Source of the DNA: an uncultured delta proteobacterium
GTDB taxonomy: Bacteria; Myxococcota_A; Polyangia; Polyangiales; Polyangiaceae
Direction of reading: 5' to 3'
NCBI GenBank assembly: GCA_963696385.1
Contig: CAVOKF010000005.1
Location: forward strand, 608,001 to 672,000
Length of the DNA stretch: 64,000 bases
The notes beneath the pieces were generated by a model. That model was not told the origin of the DNA. It saw only the letters and a list, made by a program, of their open reading frames with translations, and did not search any database. How positions within the stretch are numbered: position 1 is the first letter of the stretch; each line of letters starts with the position of its first letter. Shown here in pieces: positions 48,726 to 58,831 of the stretch. The translations under genes and the position numbers were made by a program.

Positions 48726-50267
48726 TCACGTCCCTTCCATTCGCACCTCCGCGGCCAGCCGAAGGCCCCGCGGGATGACGAGGCGATCGATCAGCGTGAA
48801 GAGTCCCTCGACGAGGAGCGCCAGAAGCGCGGCGGGGATGGCCCCTTCGAGGATGAGCGCCGAATCGTCGAGGTTCAATCCCGTGCTGATGGGCGCCCCG
48901 AATCCGCCCGCGCCCACGAAGGCGGCCAGTGTGGCGCCGCCGACCCCGATCACGGCGCTCGTGCGAATTCCGGCCAGGATGGATCGCGACGCGAGCGGCA
49001 GCTCCACGAGCACGAGCTGAGCCCAGTCGCTCAAACCGAGCGCGACGGCGGACTCGCGCAGGCCCGGGGCGATTCCATCCAGACCGGCGACCGTGTTGCG
49101 CACGATCGGCAATAACCCATAGAGAAAAAGGGCTGCGATCGCTGGCACGATGCCCGTGCCGAAGAGCGGGACGAAAAAGCAGAGCAGCGCCAGGGCCGGG
49201 ATCGTTTGAACGACGCTCGTCGCACCGAGCACGAATCGTCCGATCGCTCGGTTCCGGCAGGCGATCACCCCGAGCGGGATTCCCACGACGATCGCCAGCA
49301 AGAGCGAGATCGCCACGATCCCGACGTGTCTCGGACCTTCCGTGCCGATGACCCCGATCATGCCGGACACGATCGACGGCCGATCTCGGCGCAGGCTTGA
49401 CGCCGGATCGCCACCCCCTTTGGACCGCAAGAACTCTTGGGCGACCGAGGCGAACGTCCACCCGTCGATCTCCGCTCGCGCGTTGAGCCGGATCATCGTG
49501 GCCCCGTCGAGTGTCCCGGCCAGCGCGCGAATGGCCTGCATGGCGTCGGGAACGCGTCCGACGGCGTCGGTGCGATAGAGAAATACGGCCTGGTACGAAG
49601 GGAAGAACCGCCGATTGTCGGCGAGCACCGTGAGGTGATAACGCTCGATCTTGGCGTCGGTCGAATAGACATCCATGGCGTCGATCGATCCCCGCGCGAT
49701 CGCCTCGTACGCGAGGCCGTGCTCGATCGCCTGCACGTGCAGGTCGGATAGGCCGTAGCGCGCGGCCAGTGCGGGGAAGCCGTCGCTCCGTCCCAGAAAC
49801 TCCGGACTGAAGCCGAGCCGCAGGTCCGGACGGGACGCCAGTTCCGAAAGGGTGGAAAGGGGGCGTTCTTCGACGACTCTCGGCGCGACGGCGACGGCGT
49901 ACGTGTTGTCGAAGCCGAGCGAATCGGTCATCGCGATTCCGTGGGGCGCAAGCATCCGGCGTAGCGCAGACAGGTCCGCGCCGTCCGGCGTCTTGAGGAT
50001 CGCCTCGGCCAGGGTGCCCGTGTACTCGGGGTAGACGTCGATCGACCCTTCCTCGAGCGCTCGGAAGAGCAGAGCCGTTCCCCCCAGACCTTGCTCATGG
50101 GTGACGGTGGCTCCTCCCGCGCGACGAGCGGCTTCTGCCGCGATCTCCGCCAGGATGTACGATTCGGTAAATCGCTTCGACCCGATGCGCAGCGGGCGAC
50201 GCTCCGCGCCGCTCGCGACGGCTGCCATCGCGATCCCTCCGATCGCCCATAGGACAGTCGCCGTCAC
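48726..50267 (-). CDS. Glycine betaine/osmoprotectant ABC transporter, fused substrate-binding and permease protein
   Basis: IGSKRFTESYIL, IDVYPEYTGT, FDNTYA, YSTDAKI, QTIPALALL, GAGGFG; GTGA overlap with the ATPase. Confidence 0.92.
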   Translation of the reverse strand: MTATVLWAIGGIAMAAVASGAERRPLRIGSKRFTESYILAEIAAEAARRAGGATVTHEQGLGGTALLFRALEEGSIDVYPEYTGTLAEAILKTPDGADLSALRRMLAPHGIAMTDSLGFDNTYAVAVAPRVVEERPLSTLSELASRPDLRLGFSPEFLGRSDGFPALAARYGLSDLHVQAIEHGLAYEAIARGSIDAMDVYSTDAKIERYHLTVLADNRRFFPSYQAVFLYRTDAVGRVPDAMQAIRALAGTLDGATMIRLNARAEIDGWTFASVAQEFLRSKGGGDPASSLRRDRPSIVSGMIGVIGTEGPRHVGIVAISLLLAIVVGIPLGVIACRNRAIGRFVLGATSVVQTIPALALLCFFVPLFGTGIVPAIAALFLYGLLPIVRNTVAGLDGIAPGLRESAVALGLSDWAQLVLVELPLASRSILAGIRTSAVIGVGGATLAAFVGAGGFGAPISTGLNLDDSALILEGAIPAALLALLVEGLFTLIDRLVIPRGLRLAAEVRMEGT

Positions 50268-50992
50268 GCGCACGGCGGTCGCGCCTCGATGAACTCGCGT
50301 ACGAAGGGGTCGGCGGGCGCAAGGACCAGCTGTCGCATCGTTCCCTGTTGGACGACCTGCCCGCTTCGCATCAGGGCCACGTGGGTGCCCAGATAGGCGG
50401 CCTCGTCGAGGTCGTGCGTGACGAGCAGAACCGTCTTGCCCCAATCGAGGAAGATTTGTTTGAGGTCCTCGCGGAGCCGCGCGCGGACGATGGGATCGAG
50501 CGCCCCCATGGGCTCGTCCATCAGCAGAACGGGGGGATCGAGCATCAGCGCCCGCATGATTCCGACCCGCTGTTGCTCTCCGCCGCTCAGCTGCGCCGAA
50601 TAACGGCCGAGCAGTCGCTCGTCGACGCGAACCAGCCGCGCGAGCGCCTCGAGGCGCGAAGCGATCCGGGGCGGCGACCAGCGGAGGTGCCGCGCCAAGA
50701 GCGCGACGTTGTCGCCCGCCGTGAGGTGGGGAAATAGGCCTCCCGCTTGAACGACGTAGCCGATGCGGCGACGCACGGCCTGGACCGTCTTGGGCGTCAC
50801 GATCATCCCGTCGACCCGAACGTGACCGGCATCGGGGACGAGCAGCCCGCAGACCAGTCGCAAAATCGTCGATTTCCCGCAACCGCTGGGACCGACCAGT
50901 GCGAGTGTTTCGCCTGAACGGACAAAAAGCCGAGTGGGGTGCAAGACCCGCTTGCCATCGAGCGTCTTCGATACGCCGTCGAGTGCGATCAC
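50264..50992 (-). CDS. Osmoprotectant ABC transporter ATP-binding protein
   Basis: GPSGCGKST, IGYVVQ, LSGGEQQRV, LMDEP, VTHD. Confidence 0.93.
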   Translation of the reverse strand: MIALDGVSKTLDGKRVLHPTRLFVRSGETLALVGPSGCGKSTILRLVCGLLVPDAGHVRVDGMIVTPKTVQAVRRRIGYVVQAGGLFPHLTAGDNVALLARHLRWSPPRIASRLEALARLVRVDERLLGRYSAQLSGGEQQRVGIMRALMLDPPVLLMDEPMGALDPIVRARLREDLKQIFLDWGKTVLLVTHDLDEAAYLGTHVALMRSGQVVQQGTMRQLVLAPADPFVREFIEARPPCA

Positions 50993-51394
50993 GAAGACCG
51001 CCCGGGAACGTCGACGATCTCGACCCTCATCGACGGCGCCCGCAGCGTCGGTTTCGGCGCTCGCACGCACGAGCGAGCCGGTTCGGGGGTGCGGGGCATT
51101 CGGCGGCTGAGCATCCCGTACATAATGCCGGTCCGAGGTCATGTGTGAGACTCTCTGCGGAGTCCAAAAGCCTTTTTCATGGCTTGCGCCGCGATGCCCC
51201 AAGCGCATAATGGTTGTGTCAGTCGTCGCGGCTTCGGACGGATGATCGCAAGCGCCGGGTAACGCTTTCGCGCGCCACTGGAACGCGCCCGGCGGCGGTA
51301 CGGCCCGCTGTGGGTGCGTGCGCCAAGCGCTGACGAACTGGCAGGAAAGACATCTTTGATGGTGCGACAAAATTCGATGCAAGGTGGTGCTCCC

Positions 51395-53092
51395 ATGCAG
51401 CCGCGCCGAGGGGCCTCGGCACACCCGTCGAGGGGCGGCGGCTTCGCGTCGGTCGTCGCTCGATGTGTGGCGGCAGCGGTGGCGATGCTTCTCGCGACGG
51501 CCTGCGGTGGTTCGTCTGCCAGCAAATTCACGGGAATCGGTCCGAGCGACCTTCTTGGCAGTACCAAATCGTACTCGGCCGACGCGTCGACGAGCCAGAA
51601 TCCGAATCAGTTCGGCAATGGGGTTTCCATCCAGTGCAGTGCTGGAACGAACAATTCGTGCACGACCAATACGACATGCGCCGCGGGCAAGAGCACCACC
51701 ATCAGCGGCACGGTGTACGATCCAGCGGGAGTGAACCCGATTTACAGCGTCACGGTTTACGTCCCGGGCGTTCCTGCGAATCAGTTGCCCGATCTGAGCA
51801 CGCTGGGCGTGCCCGCGACGCTCGACGGCGCTGCGCCCGTGTGCGGGTGCGACAATTTCTATCCCCCTGTGGTCGCGAGTGCCGTGACCGACGCCACCGG
51901 CCATTTTGAGATCACCGACGCGCCGTACGGAATGCTGACCCTCGTCGTCCAGACCGGGAAATGGCGGATGGTGTACGAGAACATCACCATTACACAGTGC
52001 TCGAACAACGAGCTCGCCGACAAGAGCCTTCGTCTACCGAGAAACGCCACCGAGGGAAATCTCCCCGAGATCGCCATCTCGACCGGCGGATCCGACTCGC
52101 TCGAGTGCTTGCCGTTGCGCATCGGCGTCGACGCAACCGAGTACGCAGCCGGTGCGGCCGGTCCGGGCCACGTGCATATCTTCCAGGGCAACAACGGGGC
52201 CACGACCGCGCCGGCCGCACCGGCTTCAGGTACGGCGCTGTGGAACTCGGACGCGAACCTGGAACAGAACGACGTGGTCCTCTTCTCGTGCGAGGGTTCG
52301 GAAACACACGACATGACCGCTGCGGACCAGCAGCACTTGCTCGATTACTCGAACGCGGGCGGTCGCGTGTTTCTATCGCACTTCCACTACGCCTGGCTGC
52401 GGACCGGCCCGTTCGCCGCGTTGAACCTCGCCACGTGGCTTGCCAACACCCAAGAGGTCGATGACACGTTGGGCTTCCCCGGCGACGTCAATACGACCTT
52501 CTATGAGGGCAATCAAATGTCCATGTGGCTCGGCAATGTGGCCGCACTCAACCCGAACTCGGGCATTCCGTTGACGGCCTGCCCCGACTGCACCGTCGCG
52601 GGCACCCTTCCGGTCTTTTATGCGCGCCATAACGTCGTGACCCTCGACACACCTCCGTCCAATGGATGGATTCATCTCGATCCGAGCGTGACTCAAGCAC
52701 CGAGCGCTACCCAGTACTTCTCGTTTGACACCCCCGTGGGCGGAGCGACGACGTGCGGTCGCGTCGTGTATAGCGATCTGCACGTGAGCGGAGGCCCCGC
52801 GGAGAGCGTGCCGCCCGGCCCGACCATGGGGACGACGTGTACGGGGGCGCCCCCCGCGTGCTTTTCCCCGGACTACCCGGCGGCTGCCGCCGCGGCGGGC
52901 ATGGCGATGATGGGTGGAGGGGGAAAGGCGGGCATCGTGCCGAGCGGGTGCCGCGGTTACGGGACCGCCGCCAACGATCCCTCGCGCACGCTGTCTCCCC
53001 AGGAGAAGGCGCTCGAGTTCATGCTGTTCGACTTGTCGTCCTGCCTCGTCCCCGTCACGCAGGCGCCCACGCCCCCCGGGCCCCCTCGGTAA
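51395..53092 (+). CDS. Myxobacterial Cys-rich lipoprotein with carboxypeptidase-regulatory-like domain
   Basis: LATAC lipobox; TTISGTVYDPAG, TDATGHF, QTGKWR, DSLECL, SCEG, GGRVFLSHFHY, CGRVVYSDLHV, QEKALEFMLFDL. Confidence 0.7.
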   Translation: MQPRRGASAHPSRGGGFASVVARCVAAAVAMLLATACGGSSASKFTGIGPSDLLGSTKSYSADASTSQNPNQFGNGVSIQCSAGTNNSCTTNTTCAAGKSTTISGTVYDPAGVNPIYSVTVYVPGVPANQLPDLSTLGVPATLDGAAPVCGCDNFYPPVVASAVTDATGHFEITDAPYGMLTLVVQTGKWRMVYENITITQCSNNELADKSLRLPRNATEGNLPEIAISTGGSDSLECLPLRIGVDATEYAAGAAGPGHVHIFQGNNGATTAPAAPASGTALWNSDANLEQNDVVLFSCEGSETHDMTAADQQHLLDYSNAGGRVFLSHFHYAWLRTGPFAALNLATWLANTQEVDDTLGFPGDVNTTFYEGNQMSMWLGNVAALNPNSGIPLTACPDCTVAGTLPVFYARHNVVTLDTPPSNGWIHLDPSVTQAPSATQYFSFDTPVGGATTCGRVVYSDLHVSGGPAESVPPGPTMGTTCTGAPPACFSPDYPAAAAAAGMAMMGGGGKAGIVPSGCRGYGTAANDPSRTLSPQEKALEFMLFDLSSCLVPVTQAPTPPGPPR

Positions 53093-53177
53093 TTGGGGCC
53101 CCCCCCACGCGGGCTCAGGGGAAGGGAAGGGGCATGGTCGGTCCCGCGCGTGTGACGTTAAGAGGGCAGGCAACTTC

Positions 53178-54389
53178 TCAGCGAGGGGGAGGGATCGTAC
53201 CCTGGATTAGGAAGTGACACATCGTCGCCTCCGCCGCGTACGCGATGGCATTCTCCCAGAATTGGGGGACCTGATACGCGAACTGCACCGCCGGGTCGGG
53301 CGACCCGTCGAGGCTGCAGTAGCCCGCCGGCTGCGGACTCGGGTTCCACTGGCTCGTGTATGTCACCCACTCGTCCGTGTAGACGTACACGTGACCCTTG
53401 CCGACGTCTTCGTGGACCGCCGCGATCATGCCCCCGCTGGAACAGTCGACGATCGCGTTGGGCCCAGGGACGATCGTCCGCCCGTAGAAGGCCCCCACTT
53501 CGGTAATGCTCTGTCCGAGCGGGTCGGTCATCCCGTTGCCGAGCGTCTGAGCCCATCCCGCTACCGGATTCGAGTCGCCGAGACAGTATTCCGCGTTACC
53601 GGTCTCGACCGTGTCGAAGGTGTCGGTCTCCGTGTACATGATGTCGGTCAGCGCTTGCACGACCTGGTTGGCCGGACCGATCTCGCCCGAGGACCCCGCG
53701 GTGCATCCCGTGTTGCCGGGGCAATAGTCGAAACCGGACAAAACGATGACGCCCCCGCCGCCCTCAACCCACGTCTTTAGCGCGGTAAGTTCATCCGCGC
53801 TGAACGTCCAATAGCCTCCGCCCATGAGCGCCGGGTCTCCCGTGTAGCCGTAGGACGTGCCTTTCATCGTGACGGGGTAGACCGAGTTCGCCATCCACTG
53901 GAAAATCAGAACATCGTATTGCGCGAGGAATGCCGCCGACAAAGTCGGCTTTGCGGCGCTGGTGCACCCGACGTCGTTGCCGCACCCGAGCTGGACGGCG
54001 CCCGCGCTGCTCTCTGTGTTCAGGAACTCGACGAAAGCTTCCGTGTTGTCGGTCCCGCCTGTGCCGGCTTGAGCGCCCGTGTGCCCGCCGAGACCAAGCG
54101 AAGCGATATTGAAACAGGTGCACATGCCCGCATCGTTGCAGCGCGGGGGACGCGCGGCAGCGCCGTCGTCGTCGCCGCTCGCCGACGACCCCGAAACGAA
54201 AAGCGACGGCCCGCTCCCGGCCGAGATGGAGCCGGAGTTAGGGTTGCTGTTGCTGCCCGTGCCGGTGCCCGTGCCGCTGCCCGTTTGTCCGAACTGGTTC
54301 GTGCTCGTCGTGGACGTCGCGCAAGCGGCGACGGATCCGAGAATAAGGAGCCTCGTGAGGGCCCGAAAACCGGTGGGGCGTTGGCGCAT
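53178..54389 (-). CDS. Hypothetical lipoprotein with GATase-like/DUF4350-like fold features
   Basis: VAAC lipobox, Gly/Ser linker, FLAQYDVLIF, LKTWVEGGGGVIVL, GKGHVYVYTDEW, FWENAI. Confidence 0.6.
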   Translation of the reverse strand: MRQRPTGFRALTRLLILGSVAACATSTTSTNQFGQTGSGTGTGTGSNSNPNSGSISAGSGPSLFVSGSSASGDDDGAAARPPRCNDAGMCTCFNIASLGLGGHTGAQAGTGGTDNTEAFVEFLNTESSAGAVQLGCGNDVGCTSAAKPTLSAAFLAQYDVLIFQWMANSVYPVTMKGTSYGYTGDPALMGGGYWTFSADELTALKTWVEGGGGVIVLSGFDYCPGNTGCTAGSSGEIGPANQVVQALTDIMYTETDTFDTVETGNAEYCLGDSNPVAGWAQTLGNGMTDPLGQSITEVGAFYGRTIVPGPNAIVDCSSGGMIAAVHEDVGKGHVYVYTDEWVTYTSQWNPSPQPAGYCSLDGSPDPAVQFAYQVPQFWENAIAYAAEATMCHFLIQGTIPPPR

Positions 54390-54543
54390 AGGGTTCTCGA
54401 AACATTGCCACAACTTGTCGGCCTGTGAAGGCGTACAAAGCCGCTCCGTGACCGACCCGAGACGATTTCAGCGCCCGGTGCGCCGGGGATAGGGTGCTCG
54501 TTCCCCTGCAGCTCGATTTGTGTGCAGAGGTGCGACCGGGGTA

Positions 54544-55914
54544 TCAAAGCCCCATGGGCAAATCGAGCGTCCGGTGCTTGCGCCATGCGCGGTCGCCGCC
54601 GCCGATCTTCTTCTCGGCGAGCTCGCGCATCATCAAATTGAGCGGCCAATACGCCACGTTCTGGATCCATGAGTGCCGAACACCAAAGTCGTATCGCCGG
54701 CGAATCGAAGACATCGAGTACATCGATCGCCAGGCCCGCACCCATCCCTCGCGCAGCACTTCCCGCGACATTCGCGCGGGGCTGTAAAAAGGCGCATCGG
54801 TGTCGTGGTCGCTGCTCAGCCACCACGCGTCTTTGGTCAGCCGCTGTTCCGCCTTCAATCGTTTGTACAACGCGGTGCCGGGGTACGGCGTGAGCAGCGC
54901 GAAGAGCGCCATCGTGACCTTGGCTTCAATGCAAAATTCCACCGTGCGCTCGAACGCGTCGGGTGCATCGTCGTCGAGGCCGAAGATGAAGCTTCCCCAG
55001 ACTGCGATGCCGTGGTCGGCGAGGCAGCGAACGACCTCGCCGTATTTGTTGGGCTTGTTCTGCCGCTTGCCCGCGTGGCGCACCGCATCGTCGGCGACGG
55101 ATTCGAAGCCAATGAAGAGCGCCCGGCATCCGGCACGGGCCATGACCGCGATGTTGTCGACCCGATGCAGCGCCGCCAGCGACGCCTGCGCGACCCAATG
55201 CTTGTGCAGAGGCACCATCGCCTCGAAGAGCTCGTGGCTGTACTTCGTGTGAATCATCACGTTGTCGTCGCCGAAGAGGATCCTCGACCCGCAGGTTTCG
55301 AGCTCCGCGAGGACTTCGGGCACCGGCCGAAACCGGAACTTCGTCCCGTTGTACGTGGACACGCTGCAGAATTCGCACGGGAATGGGCATCCGCGGGTCG
55401 TTTGGACGACGTCGAACGGAACGTAGTGGAGCGACGTGAACAGGTCCCGTCTGGGCTTTGGCAGGCCGACGAGCGGCTTCCAGTCATCATGCTTGTAGAC
55501 GGCCCGGCGGATGAGCGATCGTCCGCGGCCGATCTTGCCTTCGCGCGCGTCGCGTACGACGTCTTGCCAGATCCACTCCGCCTCGCCGCTCACCACCGCG
55601 TCGGCGTGCTCGAGCCCCTCGTCGGGAAGCGCCGTCACGTGAATCCCGCCGAGGACCACGCGGCTGCCGCGCGCGCGGTAGGCGTCGGCGATCGCATACG
55701 ATCGCGCGGCCGTCTTGGATCCCACGCTGATTCCGACGAGGTCCGGCGCGTCGGTTTCGCGCTCCAGATCGATGGGATCGATCCCGTCGTCGCGGAAGGT
55801 CAACTGGACGTCGTCGGGAGTGTGCGCGGCGAGCGTCGCGGCCCAGAGAGGCTTGATGTACGTCGAGTCCTCGTTGGACGGGGCGACGAGGTGGACCTGA
55901 AAGGGGCGCGCCAT
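54544..55914 (-). CDS. B12-binding-domain radical SAM protein
   Basis: VVLGGIH, GEAE, TTRGCPFPCEFC (CxxxCxxC), FIGFES, TPYPGT. Confidence 0.92.
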   Translation of the reverse strand: MARPFQVHLVAPSNEDSTYIKPLWAATLAAHTPDDVQLTFRDDGIDPIDLERETDAPDLVGISVGSKTAARSYAIADAYRARGSRVVLGGIHVTALPDEGLEHADAVVSGEAEWIWQDVVRDAREGKIGRGRSLIRRAVYKHDDWKPLVGLPKPRRDLFTSLHYVPFDVVQTTRGCPFPCEFCSVSTYNGTKFRFRPVPEVLAELETCGSRILFGDDNVMIHTKYSHELFEAMVPLHKHWVAQASLAALHRVDNIAVMARAGCRALFIGFESVADDAVRHAGKRQNKPNKYGEVVRCLADHGIAVWGSFIFGLDDDAPDAFERTVEFCIEAKVTMALFALLTPYPGTALYKRLKAEQRLTKDAWWLSSDHDTDAPFYSPARMSREVLREGWVRAWRSMYSMSSIRRRYDFGVRHSWIQNVAYWPLNLMMRELAEKKIGGGDRAWRKHRTLDLPMGL

Positions 55915-55945
55915 GGCGCGCGATCATAGCTCAGCTGAACCCGCG

Positions 55946-56521
55946 CTACGGCGACAGGCGGATCGAGTCCCACGCGCCCTCTCGACGCTCGAAGCGGATG
56001 CGCTCGTGCAGGCAATCGGCCCCACGCGTCCAGATTTCCACCGCCGTGGCGCTCACCAGGTAGCCGCCCCAAAAATCCGGGCGGCGAACGTCTCGACCCT
56101 CGTACTCGGCGGCGATTTGCCGCGATCGCGCCCGCAGCCACTCCATGCTCTCGATGGGGCGACTCTGAGCCGACGCGAGCGCGGACACCCGGTGGCCCCG
56201 CGGCCGCTGATCGAAGTACGCGTCCGACTCGGCCGGGGCAAGTCGTTCGACGCTGCCTTCGACGCGCACCTGCGCGTCCAGAATCGGCCAGAAAAAGCAC
56301 GCGGCCGCACGCGGATTGCGGGATAGGTCGAGGCCTTTGCGACTTTCGTAGTTCGTGAAAAAGCGGATGCCGCGCGCATCCACCCCGCGGCAAAGTACGA
56401 CGCGGACCGACGGGATGCCGTCCGGCGTCGCGGTCGCGAGAGCCATCGCTTCGGGTTCGGGCGCCCCGCGCCGCCGGGCTTCGTCGATCCAATCGGCAAG
56501 ACGGCCGAGCGGATCCGTCAT
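55946..56521 (-). CDS. pdxH: Pyridoxamine 5'-phosphate oxidase
   Basis: AMALAT, RVVL, FFTNYESRKG, QVRVEG, YFDQRP, ASAQS, WGGY, RLSP. Confidence 0.92.
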   Translation of the reverse strand: MTDPLGRLADWIDEARRRGAPEPEAMALATATPDGIPSVRVVLCRGVDARGIRFFTNYESRKGLDLSRNPRAAACFFWPILDAQVRVEGSVERLAPAESDAYFDQRPRGHRVSALASAQSRPIESMEWLRARSRQIAAEYEGRDVRRPDFWGGYLVSATAVEIWTRGADCLHERIRFERREGAWDSIRLSP

Positions 56522-57096
56522 TGCGGCTTGTGCGCAACGGTCGGGCCGACGACGAGCGTTCCGGACGACCGCTGGGACTGACGGAACTCGCTGAGAATGA
56601 TTTTGCGTGTGGCTTCCGGCAGAGCGCGGACAGCGGGAAAGATGATCTCTTCTTCGAGCTGCAGGTGGCCTTCCAAGAGCGACGCGAGCGTCCTGCAGCC
56701 GGCGTGCAACGACTCGCCGATTTGCGCGAGATCCGAGGGCCGAGCCATCACCCGCGCCCAAATTTGGTCGAGGCTCGTGATGGCCTCTTCGAGCGCGCGA
56801 TGATCTCCGGCCATTCGTGCGAGCGCATGCTCGATCGCGCGTCCGGGACGAGTGTCGAGCAGGCGGGAAACGACGCAGTCTTCCTCGTCGCGATCGTGCA
56901 GCGGAAGGGCCGTGCCGAAGAATCGCCGAAGCGCCGACGCCGAGTCGGCGATCAGTCGAGGAGAGGCCTGCGGGCTGCGCGCGAGGCGCAGGCCAACCGT
57001 CGCGAAGTGCCGCGCCCGTTCGTGGCCGAGAAGCAGTGCCTCGACCGGGTCCTGGGGCTCGGGTTGCGGCCCTGGGGTGGTCCTCGACGAAAGCAT
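56518..57096 (-). CDS. Hemerythrin-domain protein
   Basis: LLLGHER, LPLHDRDEED, DHRALE, HLQLEEEIIFP. Confidence 0.85.
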   Translation of the reverse strand: MLSSRTTPGPQPEPQDPVEALLLGHERARHFATVGLRLARSPQASPRLIADSASALRRFFGTALPLHDRDEEDCVVSRLLDTRPGRAIEHALARMAGDHRALEEAITSLDQIWARVMARPSDLAQIGESLHAGCRTLASLLEGHLQLEEEIIFPAVRALPEATRKIILSEFRQSQRSSGTLVVGPTVAHKPQ

Positions 57097-57208
57097 GGGC
57101 GTCAGTTTCCCTCTTGGCTCGCGTTCACGCTACAAGAACCTAGCGCGATCGTCGCGATCTCGACGGCGGTCGCGGCAACCGCGTGGCATGGGCCGTGCTG
57201 GACCGGTC

Positions 57209-57970
57209 CTACTCCGTCGCGCCGACCGCGAAGCGGCCAACTTGGGCCCCGCTCATCTCGATGATGCCGAGCGCGGCGAATAGGCGCATCACGTGGTACG
57301 TAGGATCAATTTCGAACCAGCGCACCGCGAAGTTCGGGCTCATCGCGAACTTGTGATGATTATTTTGAAATAACTCGCCCGCTGTCAAGAAATCGACCGC
57401 CAGCGTGTTTCGCGAGGCGTCGCCGTTGTTGAAATTGCGGTATCCGTACTTGTGCCCGCACCAGTTGACGATGGCGCCGTGAACCGGACCCATTACGTAA
57501 TGGATCGGCAGGAGCGCGAACATCCACGGATGGGTGGCGAAGCGAACGTAAAAAAGCGTGTAGGCCGCTCCCCACGCGACCCGACCGGCCCACGACTGGC
57601 CGAGCCGATCGATGAGCGGCCAGCGCGGCAGGCCACCGTCGAATCGCGCTTCCGGATGAACTCGGTTGTACGCGAAATCGTCGTACCGCTTCTTGGTCGC
57701 CAGCATCATCGACACGAGACCGCAGTGGTTGAGTGGCGAATGAGGGTCCTTCGGCGTGTCGCTGAACGCGTGGTGCATCCGGTGCAAAATCCCGTACCCG
57801 CGGGGAACGAGAAAGCTCGCGCCCTGCGTCAGGTAGGTGCACAAGTAAAAAAAACGCTCCCAACGCGGGCTCATCGAGACCATGCGGTGAGCGCCGTAGC
57901 GGTGCAGAAAAAACGTTTGGAAAAATACCGAGATCTGCCAGTGCGCGACGAAGAAAATGACGATGATCAC
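57209..57970 (-). CDS. Acyl-CoA (delta-9-type) fatty acid desaturase
   Basis: His boxes HRYGAH, HRMHH, QNNHH; DPHSP; AAGGAG RBS before GTG 57970. Confidence 0.92.
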   Translation of the reverse strand: MIIVIFFVAHWQISVFFQTFFLHRYGAHRMVSMSPRWERFFYLCTYLTQGASFLVPRGYGILHRMHHAFSDTPKDPHSPLNHCGLVSMMLATKKRYDDFAYNRVHPEARFDGGLPRWPLIDRLGQSWAGRVAWGAAYTLFYVRFATHPWMFALLPIHYVMGPVHGAIVNWCGHKYGYRNFNNGDASRNTLAVDFLTAGELFQNNHHKFAMSPNFAVRWFEIDPTYHVMRLFAALGIIEMSGAQVGRFAVGATE

Positions 57971-58539
57971 CCCGGGTTCTCCTTGTTCGTCTCGCCCCCG
58001 CGAGGCCATGCGTGCACGCCGCCGCGCGGCGCGGGCCGGTGAGCGCGTCGTCGAGTGTCGTTCGCGACGCGGGCACGGTCGACTCCGCCAACATCGGTTC
58101 GAGGCCACTCGTAGCCTGGAGTCGCGCAACCGACCGTCATCGTTTGGTCATCCGATGGGCCACCAGAATCGCCCGATCGACTCCTTCGCTCTTTCGATGA
58201 GCCGGACTCGGGCATGGCGATCGGCTGCCGAGACGGGCTAGCGCGTGACATCGCTGGATCGTGGGAGTAGTTTGGTGACGCTTAGGGGTTGGGTTCGCGA
58301 TGGTCGCAATGGGCCAGCCCCGGCGCCACTTGCGGGGAGAAAGGCCGCGTAACGTGGAATGGCCCCGGACGCGCCTGAGGGGTAGGCGAAGCGTTTCATC
58401 GCCCATGAATGCGGTCGGCGCGCATTGGTCACGGTTGCGAAACGGCCATGACACGAGTGCCGTGATAAAAACGGCAGAACGAGAGTTCGATATGCCTCGG
58501 GACGATCCCTCGAATGTTGCACCGCCAGGTTGTCCAGCC

Positions 58540-58767
58540 ATGATGAATCTCGAGTTGACGGAACAAGAGGCTCGCCTGATGCGCGCTCAGCTCGTACGAC
58601 ACATCGTCGACCTCGAAGACGAGCTCGCCCGAGCCGAGCAGAGTGTGCTCGAGCGAGCCCTTGCGGTGGATATCCACGCTCTTCGCGAGCTCTACCGCAG
58701 ACTCACCTCGCTGCTCGATTCCTCGTCGCCGCCCTCGGGAGTCCACGCCGCGAAGTTCGTTCGCTGA
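58540..58767 (+). CDS. Small hypothetical coiled-coil protein
   Basis: MNLELTEQEARLMR...LEDELAR...LRELYRRL. Confidence 0.55.
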   Translation: MMNLELTEQEARLMRAQLVRHIVDLEDELARAEQSVLERALAVDIHALRELYRRLTSLLDSSSPPSGVHAAKFVR

Positions 58768-58831
58768 CGTCGCAGCGAGCGATTTTCGCGAAATTCTTCC
58801 GAATTGGCTCTCCCAGTGACAGGATCGTCAC

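Noticed and set aside
58130..58530. Long intergenic region as a riboswitch or ncRNA
   Set aside because: No recognisable aptamer consensus or convincing stems by eye; an Infernal/Rfam scan would be needed
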